Assembly (NCBI GenBank): GCA_963776245.1
Contig: CAVZLN010000003.1
Coordinates: forward strand, 704,001 to 768,000
Direction: 5' to 3'
DNA: 64,000 nt
Source of the DNA: Candidatus Eiseniibacteriota bacterium
GTDB lineage: Bacteria > Eisenbacteria > RBG-16-71-46
Numbering within the stretch: the first letter of the stretch is position 1; every line of letters begins with the position of its first letter. The position numbers and the translations under genes were made by a program. The notes under the pieces were generated by a model. It was not told the origin of the DNA. It worked only from the letters and a program-made list of their open reading frames with translations, and did no database searches. Positions 50,871-62,800 of the stretch are shown piece after piece.

Positions 50871-53800
50871 ATGCTCCACCGCCGCAGGTGGTTCTCGCTC
50901 GCACTCGCATCGGCGCTCGCCGCGGTGCTGGGCTCGATCGCTTCCGTTGAACGCGCCGAGGCCCAGGCGACCTATCCGCCCGGACCGAGCGGGACCTGCA
51001 CCGACACGCTCGCCGTCACCAACATCCAGGATCCGGGCGCGACGTGTCATCCCGCCGTCCTCGATCGGGTGAACGGCATCACCGGAGTGGTGGTCGGATT
51101 CGACGCCATCGCCACCGCCTATGGGTTCTACATCCAGACTGCGGGAGGCGGGCCGTACACCGGCATCGACGTGTTCACCGGCGGCACGAACTACGCCGCG
51201 GCGCCCTACAACCTCGCGATCGGCGACCTGGTGGTGGTGTACGGCCGCACGCAGATGTTCCCCAATCCCAATGGGGAGATGGAGATCGAAGGACCGGACG
51301 GCGTCCAGTCCACCAACGACATCCTGATCCGCAAGGTGAGTTCGGGGAACGCGATCCCGGCCTTCCAGTCCCTGACGCCGCTCCAGATGAGCTGGGTGCC
51401 GGGCGCGGCGGGAAGCGATGCCGCGCGGTGGCCGGGATGCCTCGTGAGCGTGACCGGGCCGCTGGTGGTCATCCGCAGCACCGCCAGTCTCTCGACCACG
51501 CAGACGGGCATGATCAGCTACAGCTTCATGGTGGCGCCCGCCGGCGACACCACGAATGTCAGTGCCCGCGTCCTGGTGGACGGCCTGACGCTCGCCGGCG
51601 GCTATACGCCACCCACGGTGGGCACCGTCATCGAAGGGATCCAGGGCATCCCCAATCGGCGCACCAGCTCGGGCGTGAACTCCTGGCGCGTCCAGCTCCG
51701 CGACGGGAACGACGTGATCGTCGCCGCGCCCCCCAACCTCGCGCGGGCGTACTCGATCGAGAACGACGTCATCCGCGTGGTGTTCGACCGCAACGTGGAC
51801 GTCGCCACCGCTCAGAATCCAGCGAACTACACCATCGAGGACACGAACCTCGGCGGCACCACCACCGTCGTGAACTCCGCGACCGTCGAGGGCGGCTCCG
51901 GACGCTTCGTCCGCTTGAACCTCACCTCCGACATCCCGGTCGGCCGGGTGTCCATCGACGTCCGCGCATCCGGCATAGGATCGGCGGCGTGCCCCACCTG
52001 CCTAATGGGGTCGCAGGCGAGTCCAGCCTTCGCGTTCGGCGTGATACCGATCAGCACCATCCAGGCCGCCGATCCTTCCGCATACGGCAACGGCCAGGCC
52101 GTGGGTTGGCCGGTCACTCTGCGCGGCATGTGCACCGGTGTCTACGGGAGCCTCTACTACGTGCAGGACCCGGCGACCGGCAAGCGCGCCGCGCTCTCGG
52201 TGTACGCGCCGATCGCACCGCTCGTGCCCGGGCACAACTACCTCATCGTGGGCGCGGTGCAGACATTCCAGGGTGAGACCGAGATCATCAGCACTCAGTA
52301 CATCGTGGATGAGGGGATCGGCACCCTCCCCGAGCCCGCGGTGGTGACCACAGCGATCCTGAGCGACACCACGCACTACAGCATGACCGGCGCGCACGCC
52401 TACGAGGGGATGCTCGTGCGCGTGCCTCAGGTGCGCGCGACCGAGTCGCACACTATCGGGCAGGCCTTCCCGGTGGCCGGGCCGGCACTGGTGTGGAACA
52501 CGCCCGTCGCGGTGGGCAACCTCAACGGCGTGCTCAGTGGTTACACCCCGCCCTCTCAGGGGCAACTCGTGGACGTCGTGGGTGTCGCGCACATCGTGTT
52601 CGGTGTGTTCCAGGTCTGTCCGCGCAGCGCGGCGGACGTCACGGCCAGCCACCTCGGCGATGTCACGCTCTCCACCGCCGGAACCGTCGACGTCGACATG
52701 ACGATCGACACCCTCACCGTGGCCAGCGGCGGCACGCTCACCGCGCAGGGCACGTTGACCGTCACCCACGACATGATCGTGAGGTCCGGCGGCGTGGTGA
52801 CGCACGCCCTGCGGGACACGGCGGGGCTGCGGCTGAACGTGAGCGGCACGCTCGAAGTGCAGAGCGGCGGGCTCATCGACCTGAACGGCAAGGGGCTCCT
52901 CGGCGGGTCAGGAGCGGCGCCGGGGAGGCATTCGACGGCGGCGACAACATCGGGGTGGGCGCGGGTGCCGGCGCGACGTGGGCGGCGGGCGCCAGCTATG
53001 GCGGCTCCGGCGGCAATGGCTACCAGGGGACGACTGGCGGTCTGTATGGGTTGTTGGAGAACCCGCGGCATCTGGGCGCGGGTGGTGGCGGTGGGGTGCA
53101 GGCGCCGCGGCCGAACGGCGGCGGGCGGCTGCGGGTGGTGGCGGCGACGATGCTCGTGAACGGCACCGTGCGGGCCGATGGCCTGGCAGGGCAGTACATC
53201 TCCGGCGTGAGCGGCGGGGGAGCGGGCGGCTCGATCCGGCTGGACATCGGATGGTTGGGCGGTAGTGGGTCGATCACCGCCAGAGGCGGGGACGGCACGG
53301 ATGGCGGCTCGGGCTACTCGGGCGCAGGCGGCGGCGGGCGCATCGCGGCGTACTTCAGCGCGCTGACATTGCCGAGCGCGAACTTCGCGGTGGCGGGCGG
53401 CGCAGGGACGTCTCCCGGCAGCGCGGGGACGATTTACCTGAAGGACGTGGCGGCGGGCGCCGGAGACGTGATCGTCGACAACAGCAACCGGGTGTCGAGT
53501 CTGTCCACGCTCGTTTCGACCTCGCTGCCGTCGTTCCGGGACGTCATCTCGCGCAACAACGCACGGGTCCTGCTCGGCCCCACGCAGCGGATCACCACGT
53601 GGGCACAGAGCATCACGCTTTCGGGTGGGACGCTCTCCGCGAGTGACACCCTGCGCCTGCAGGGCACGGTACTGCGCGGCACCGGCACGGTGGCGACGCG
53701 ACTGGTGAACAACGGCGAGGTCTCCCCGGGAGCGAGCGCGGGCACGGTCGGCCAGATCGTGTGCTCGGCGGGCTATCAGCAGGGCGTCGCGGGCGTGCTG

Positions 53801-56800
53801 CGTGCCGACATCGCGAGCGCGAGCAGCTTCGACCGCGTGCGCGTGACGGGGGGAGCCACGCTGAGCGGCGACTTGGCGTATCAGTACCTGGGCGGGTACG
53901 CGCCCCCGCCGAACACGCGCTTCCCGGTGCTCACTTCGGATGCGCGCACCGACACGTTCGCCACACTGACGGGCGCGGACGCCACCGCGGGCGTCGCCTA
54001 TCTGGACAGCACCACCGTGCTCATCCCGGGCATCGATCGCACGCCCCCCCAGACGATGTTCGTGGGCGGTCTCGCGGACGGTGGCTGGACCAACGCGACC
54101 AGCCAGGCGTTTGACTGGACAGGCACGGACGACACCAGTCTGCCAGCGGCACTGCTCTTCGCTTATCAACTCGACAGCGACGGCTGGAGCGCGCTGGGCG
54201 CTGGGACGAGCCACGCGTTCGCGGGATTGACCGCAGGCGCGCACACGGTGTCGGTGCGCGCGGTGGACGAACTGGGGAACGCAGACCCGACGCCGGCGAC
54301 GCGCACGTTCACGGTGGATGTCACGGTGCCGACGTTGGTCTACGGGAGCGGCCCGGCCGACGGCGACACCGTGCGCAGCATGCCGATCGCGTTCACGCTG
54401 CGTGGCAGCGACGACATGGCTCCCGCGTCCGGGCTGACGTACTCGTGGTCGGTGGACGGTGCCGCGTACACGACTCCGAGCACGGACACGACGGCCACGC
54501 TGAACATCACCAACGACGGCATCCACACCCTCTCGTCCCGCGCGCACGACCTCGCGGGGAACGCGAGCACGACGGTCACGCGGAGTTGGTACCTCAATCT
54601 GCCACCGCAGGATCTGGTGGTGGCGAGCGCGATCACGATCACGCAGGACACGACCTTCAACAGCATCACGGTGCAGAGCGGCGGCACGTTGACGGCCCGC
54701 CGTCTCACCGTGCTTACCGATATGGCGGTGGCGTCGGGTGGCGTGGTGACGCATGCGCAACGGGACACGGCAGGGCTGCGGCTGACCGTGAGCGGGACGC
54801 TCGACGTACAGAGCGGTGGCGCGATCGACGCGACCGGCAAGGGGCTCTCGGGCGGGACGGGAGTCGCGGCAGGCGAGACGTTCGGTGCCGGCGACGCGAT
54901 CGTGGCGGGAGCGGGCGGCGGCGCGAACTACGGCGCGGGCGCGAGCTACGGTGGCCCGGGCGGCAACACTTCCGAAGCGACGACGAATGCGGCCTACGGC
55001 CTGGTGGAGGATGCCCGGCATCTGGGTTCGGGCGGCGGAGGCTCGGCCGGCGCTACGGGCGGCGCCGGTGGCGGGCGGATCCGGATCAGCGCGGCGGCGG
55101 TGGTCGTCAACGGTGCGATCCGCGCCGATGGCGCGGCCGGTCAGCACGGCAGCGGCGGGACCAGCGGCGCGGGCTCGGGCGGCAGCATCTGGATCGACAC
55201 CGGGGATGTCGCGGGAACGACCGGGCAGATCACCGCGAACGGCGGCGCCGGCGCGAATGGCTGGTCCGCGGCGGCGGCAGGTGGTGGAGGTCGTCTGGCG
55301 ATCTTCTACAGTTCGGCCACCGGGGCGAACGGGCTTAACGTGTTGTGCGTGGGCGGACAGAACACGGATCCCACCAAACCGCCGTCGCTGCAGGGTGGGG
55401 CGGGAACCGGTTACTTCAAGGACAACGCACAGGCCAAGGGAGAAGTGGAGATCAACAACGCTGGGACCGTCGCGGCGACTCCGACCCGTCTGCTGACCGG
55501 CCTGGCGACGTTGCGGCAGGTCCGCGTGCACGACCAGGGCGCGCTGGCACTGATCAGCACCGACGTGCCGTCGCTCACGCTGGATTACGGCCTCCTGATA
55601 TGGAACACCGGCGTGCTGGACGTCGGAAGCGGCGTGTCCCTCGCCATCGCGGGCGGACAGAGACTCGACATCGGCGGCCTGTCGACGGCGACGTTCGAAC
55701 TGGGCTCGACGCTGATCGGCGACGACGTCCGGGTCGGCGGCGGGACGCTCAACGCCCACACCGATCTTCCGCTGGCAGGAACGGGCAGGCTCGAGCTGTC
55801 GAACTCCGGCACGCTGAACCTGCTCGACGGCAAGACGCTGAGCCTCGCCGTATTCGACACGAGCAACGTGCACGAGGGCACGCTGAACATCGCGCCGGGC
55901 AGCCGGCTCGAGATCGTGTCCAATCGCGCGACCGTCGGCAACCGCGTGACGCTCATCAAGGACGGCGTCTTCGGCGCGTTCGGCGCCAGCGACTCGCTCG
56001 ACGCGCTGACGGTACTCTCGGGGGGCGTTGTCACCCACGGCGCGCGCAATCTGAACGGCCTGCGCCTGGGCGTCGGCACGATCGACGTGAGGAGCGGCGG
56101 CGCCATCGACGTCTCGGGCAAGGGTCTGAATGGTGGCACCGGCGTCGCGGCCGGCGAAACGTACGGCGCGAACGACGCCATCGTGGCGGGCGCCTACGGT
56201 GGCGCGAACTACGGCGCCGGCGCCAGCTACGGTGGCCCGGGTGCCAACAGTTCCGAGGCGACTTCGAACGCCCCCTACGGTCTGCTCGAGGAGGCGCGAC
56301 ATCTCGGCTCGGGTGGCGGCGGCTCCATCGGCGCAACCGGCGGGCCGGGAGGCGGGTTCATCCGGATCAACACGGGCACGCTGACCATCAATGGCGCGAT
56401 CCGCGCCGACGGTGGCGCGGGGCAGCACGGCAGCAGCGGCACCAGTGGCGCGGGGTCGGGAGGGAGCATCCTGATCCACGTGGGCCATGTCACGGGTACG
56501 ACGGGGGCGGTCACGGCGTATGGAGGGGCGGGAGCAAACGGGTGGCCCTCGGCGGCGGCCGGTGGCGGCGGCCGAATCGCGATCTACTACAACTCCTCGG
56601 ACCAGACGGACAGCATCGAATGGTGGACTGCGGGCGGATTGAACACGGCCCCGACCCACCCCGCCTCCCTCCAGGGCGGCGCGGGCACCTTCTACGTGAA
56701 GGATGATGCACTGGCTTCCGGCGACCTGTTCGTCGACAACGGAGATCGCAACGCCGACAGAACCACGCCACTGCTCACCGTGTTGCCGGCGTTGCACGAT

Positions 56801-59800
56801 CTGCACGTCGACCGCTCCGCGCGCCTGAACCTGAGCGTGACCCAGCGCGTCACGTCGTGGATCCGGAACATCATCCTGGGGGGGGGCACGCTCTCCGCGA
56901 GCGACACGTTGCGCCTGCAGGGCACGGTACTCGGCGGCAGCGGCACCATCGCGACGCGGTTGGTGAACAACGGAGAGGTCGCACCGGGTGACACTTGGAC
57001 TCCGGTCGGCCAGATCGTGTGCGCCGCCGACTATGAGCAGGGCGCATCGGGCGTGCTGCGTGCCGACGTCGCGGGTGCAAGCAACTTCGACCGGCTGCGC
57101 ATCACGGGCGGTTCCGTCCTCGGCGGACAACTGGCGCATCAGTACCTGAGTGGCTATGCGCCGGCGAGCGGCGCCCGATTCCCGGTGCTGAGTTACGGCA
57201 CGCACGTCGGCACGTTCGCCACCGTGACAGGTACGGATACCACCTCGGGAGTGGCCTACTTCGACACCACCGCCGCGGTGATCAGGAACATCGATCGCAC
57301 GCCGCCGCAGACCGTGTTCGCGAGCGGGCTGGCCGACAGCGCGTGGACCAACGTCACGAGCCAGACCTTCGGCTGGAGCGGCACCGACGACACCAGCCCA
57401 CCGGTGACGCTGCGCTACGCCTACCAACTGGACAGCGGTGGCTGGAGCGCGCTGAGCACGGGGACGAGCCACGTTTTCAGCGGTCTGACGGCAGGCGCGC
57501 ACACGGTGTCGGTAGACGCGGTGGACGAGGTCGGCAATGCCGACCCGACGCCGGCGACGCGGTCCTTCACCGTGGACCTGGTGGCGCCGACGGTGGCGTT
57601 CGGCAGCGGACCGGCCGATGGCGACACGGTGCGGACGACGAGCACGGCGTTCACGCTGCGCGGCAGTGACGATCTCGCGCCCGTCACGGCGCTGAGGTAC
57701 GCGTACTCACTGGACGGCGCGGCCTACACGACCCCGGTCACTGACACCACGGTGACGCTGACCATCACCAACGACGGCGCGCACACGTTGGCGGTGCGGG
57801 CAAGCGACCTCGCCGGCAACACCGGCACGTCGGTGTCACGCAGCTGGTTCACCATGCTGCCGCCGCGGGACCTGGTGGTGGCGAGCGCGGTGAGCCTTCC
57901 GCGCGATACCACCTTCAACAGCATCACGGTGCAGAGCGGCGGCACGCTGACGGCGAGTGGGGCGGTGAGCGTGCTCACGGACATGACGGTGCTGTCGGGC
58001 GGGTTGGTGACGCACGCGGTGCGGGACACGGCGGGGCTGCGACTGGACGTGAGCGGGACGCTGGACGTGCAGAGCGGCGGGTTGATCGACGTGACCGGCA
58101 AGGGGCTCTCGGGCGGCGTCGGCAATGGCGTCGCGGGCGAGACGTTCGACTCGAACGGCGCCATCGTGTCCGGGGCGAGCGGCGCCTATACGTACGGCTC
58201 CGGCGCGAGCTACGGCGGCACCGGCACGGGGAGCACGAACGCGGCGTACGGACTGCTCGACGATCCGCGCCAACTGGGGTCGGGCGGTGGCGGTGCGTTG
58301 AGCGCGACGGGTGGCAAGGGCGGTGGCCGGATACGGATCGTGGCGGGGACTCTGAATCTGAACGGCGTGGTGCGGGCGAACGGCGTGTCGGGTGGAACGC
58401 AGAATGGTGTGGGTGGCAGTGGATCGGGCGGTGCGATCCGGATCGACGCGGAGACGGTGAGCGGCAGTGGACAGGTGGTGGCGAACGGCGGGAACTCGCC
58501 GGGCGTATGGCCGACGGGAGTCGGCGGTGGAGGGCGGATCGCGGTCTACTACACGGGGATGACGCTGGCGAGCGGAAACCTGGTCGCGACCGGCGGGACG
58601 GGACCGGGGGTGGCGGGAAGCGCCGGGACGATCTACCTGAAGGACGCGGCACAGGCCAACGGCGATGTCATCGTCGACAACGCCAGCATCCTTTCGCCCC
58701 TGACCGCGCCGCTGCGGACGACGGCGAACGTCTTGCGCAGCCTCACGCTGAGGAACGGTGGGTCGCTACAGATCGCGAGCGCCGACAAGCCCTCGCTGGA
58801 GGTGGAGCAGCCGATTGCCGTGTCGGACAGCGCGGTGCTGGAGGTAGGACCCGCGGTAGGTCTGACCGTCTCCAACGCGAGCGGGTTCGACGTTCTCGTG
58901 ACTTCAGGTTCGACGCTCACGCTCCAGCCGGGCTCGAATCTCGCGGTCGATGCGCTGCAGATCAACAATTCGACGCTGAACGCGAGCAGCGACATCGCCG
59001 TCGCAACCGGTTCCGATTTCGAATTGTCGAATGGTGGGACGGTGAACCTGCAGGGCGCGATGTTCAGCGTCGGTTCGTTCGATGCTACCAACGTGAAGTC
59101 GGGCACATTCAATCTGACGTCGGGATCACGACTGAACGTGACCACAGGGAGCCTCGCGATTGGATCTGGCGTCACACTCGTGAAGGACGGCGCCCTCGGC
59201 GCAAGCGACCAGGTGACCACGCTGACGGTGGCGTCGGGCGGGTTGGTGACGCACGCGGTGCGGGACACGGCGGGGCTGCGACTGGACGTGAGCGGGACGC
59301 TGGACGTGCAGAGCGGCGGGTTGATCGACGTGACCGGCAAGGGGCTCTCGGGCGGCGTCGGCAATGGCGTCGCGGGCGAGACGTTCGACTCGAACGGCGC
59401 CATCGTGTCCGGGGCGGGCGGCGCCTATACGTACGGCTCCGGCGCGAGCTACGGCGGCACGGGCACGGGGAGCACGAACACGGCGTACGGGCTGCTCGAC
59501 GATCCACGCCAAGTGGGTGCGGGTGGTGGTGGTGCGGCGAATGTGACGGGGGGCAAGGGCGGTGGTCGGGTGCGGATCGTGGCAGGGACGTTGAACCTGG
59601 ATGGCGTGGTGCGGGCGAATGGCATGCCGGGCGGAACCGGGAACGGCGTGGGTGGTGGTGGATCGGGCGGTGCGATCCGGATCGACGCCGGGACGGTGAG
59701 CGGCAGCGGACAGGTGGTGGCGAACGGCGGGAACTCGCCGGGGGTGTGGCCGACGGGCGTCGGTGGTGGCGGGCGGATCGCGGTCTATTACACGGGGATG

Positions 59801-62800
59801 ACACTGGCGAGCGGGAACCTGGTCGCGACGGGCGGCACGGGGCCGGGGGTGGCAGGCAGCGCCGGGACGATCTACCTGAAGGACGCGGCGCAGACCAACG
59901 GCGATGTCATCGTCGACAATGCCAGCGTCAACGCGAGCGTGACCACAACATTGCTCACATCAATGCCCACGCTGCGCGATGTCATCTTGCGCAACAGTGC
60001 GCGCCTGAGCCTCGACGCCACGCAGCGCATCACGACCTGGGCGCAGATCATCACGCTGTCGAACGCGACGCTGTCCGCGGCGGACACGTTGCGCCTGCAG
60101 GGCACGATCCTGCGCGGCGTCGGCACGGTGGCGACGAGGCTGGTGAACAATGGCGAGGTCTCGCCGGGCAGAGCCGCGACCCCCGTCGGCCAGATCGTGT
60201 GCGCTGCGGGCTACCAGCAGGGCGCCACCGGTGTGCTCCGCACCGAAGCCTCGGGCGCATCGACGTCCGACCGGCTGCGGATCGTCGGTGCCGCGGATCT
60301 CGGCTGGCACGCTCGCCCACTCCTACGTGAGCGGGTACGCGCCGCCCGAGGGCACGCTGACGCCGGTGATGAGTTTCGGCACGGCCACCGGCGGGTTCTC
60401 GAGCGTGACGTCGGCCGGCACCCCCTCCTTCGTCGCGCTGCTCGACTCCACGGCGGTGATGATCGCGGGCTCCGATGTGACCGCGCCGCACACCGCGTTC
60501 ACGAGCGCGCCGGCCGAGAGCTCCACCGTGTATGGCCGCCCGCCAGGTGTCTCGATCGCGTGGCGCGCCACCGACGACCTCTCACCGATCTCCGTGCTGC
60601 GCTATGCCTACCGCCTCGATGCGGACGCGTTCTCCGCGTTCAGCGCCGAGACGAGTCACGTGTTCACCGGGCTGTCCACCGGGTGGCACACCGTCGAGGT
60701 GAAGTCGCGGGACGCCGTCGGTAACGAGGAGTCGACCCCGGCCACAGTGCACTTCCGCGCCGAGCCCGGGACCACGGTGAGTGGTTACATCTCCGCGAAC
60801 ACCACCTGGACGGTGGATCAGAGCCCGTACGTGGTGACGGGGAGCGTGATTGTGCGGCACCCCATCGCAACGGGCAGCCCGACGACGGCGCTGACGATCC
60901 GGCCGGGGGTGGAGGTGCGGTTCGCGGCGGGGACGGAGTTGAAGATCGGAGACCAGGGCGGCGACGGGAGCCACTACGGGGCGCTGGATGCGCGGGGGAC
61001 GGCGGACAGCGCGATCGTGTTCACCTCGGCGGCGATGGTGAAGGCGCCGGGGGACTGGAAGGGCATCCGGTTCACGGCCTCGACGAACGGTGGCGCGACA
61101 TTGCTGGAGCGCTGCGTGGTGGAGTACGCGGGTGGGAGCGGGGACGCGGGCGACCTGGTGATGAACGGGGCATCGCCGACGGTGACGAACAGCGTGATCC
61201 GCCGCAGCGTCCAGCACGGCGTGTGGATGGACGGCGCGTCGAACCCGGTGCTGAGCGGCAACACCATCACCGAGAACCCGGGCGCGGGGCTGTACGTGGC
61301 GGATGGCAGTCCGAGCCCGGTGGCGAGCGGCAACGTGATCACGGGCAACGGCGGCTACGCGCTGAGTGTGCACCCGCAGACGACCAACAACCTGGGGCTG
61401 AACACGGCGAGCGGGAACCTGGCGGACGTGGTGGAGGTGCGCGGGGACTACCTGGGACAGAACACGACCTGGCCGGTGACGGGCCTGCCGTACGTGGTGA
61501 CCGGGGACGTGATCGTGCGGCATCCCACCGCCGTGGGCAGCCCGACGACGGCGCTGACGATCCGGCCGGGGGTGGAGGTGCGGTTCGCGGCGGGGACGGA
61601 GTTGAAGATCGGAGACCAGGGCGGCGACGGGAGCCACTACGGGGCGCTGGATGCGCGGGGGACGGCGGACAGCGCGATCGTGTTCACCTCGGCGGCGATG
61701 GTGAAGGCGCCGGGCGACTGGAAGGGCATCCGGTTCACGACCTCGACGAACGGTGGCGCGACGATTGCTGGACCACTGCGTGGTGGAGTACGCGGGTGGG
61801 AGCGGGGACCTGGGCGACCTGGTGATGAACGGGGCATCGCCGACGGTGACGAACAGTGTGATCCGCCGCAGCGTCCAGCACGGCGTGTGGATGGACGGCG
61901 CGTCGAACCCGGTGCTGAGCGGCAACACCATCACCGAGAACCCGGGCGCGGGGCTGTACGTGGCGGATGGCAGTCCGAGCCCGGTGGCGAGCGGCAACGT
62001 GATCACGGGCAACGGCGGCTACGCGCTGAGTGTGCACCCGCAGACGACCAACAACCTGGGGCTGAACACGGCGAGCGGGAACCTGGCGGACGTGGTGGAG
62101 GTGCGCGGGGACTACCTGGGACAGAACACGACCTGGCCGGTGACGGGCCTGCCGTACGTGGTGACCGGGGACGTGATCGTGCGGCATCCCACCGCCGTGG
62201 GCAGCCCGACGACGGCGCTGACGATCCGGCCGGGGGTGGAGGTGCGGTTCGCGGCGGGGACGGAGTTGAAGATCGGAGACCAGGGCGGCGACGGGAGCCA
62301 CTACGGGGCGCTGGATGCGCGGGGGACGGCGGACAGCGCGATCGTGTTCACCTCGGCGGCGATGGTGAAGGCGCCGGGCGACTGGAAGGGCATCCGGTTC
62401 ACGGCCTCGACGAACGGTGGCGCGACATTGCTGGAGCGCTGCGTGGTGGAGTACGCGGGTGGGAGCGGGAACGCGGGCGACCTGGTGATGAACGGGGCAT
62501 CGCCGACGGTGACGAACAGCGTGATCCGCCGCAGCGTCCAGCACGGCGTGTGGATGGACGGCGCGTCGAACCCGGTGCTGAGCGGGAACACCATCACCGA
62601 GAACCCGGGCGCGGGGCTGTACGTGGCGGATGGCAGTCCGAGCCCGGTGGCGAGCGGCAACGTGATCACGGGCAACGGCGGCTACGCGCTGAGTGTGCAC
62701 CCGCAGACGACCAACAACCTGGGGCTGAACACGGCGAGCGGGAACCTGGCGGACGTGGTGGAGGTGCGCGGGGACTACCTGGGACAGAACACGACCTGGC

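Noticed and set aside
52915..52930. Phase-variable poly-G switch in the giant gene
   Set aside because: The tract is only four G, and similar indels occur in housekeeping genes
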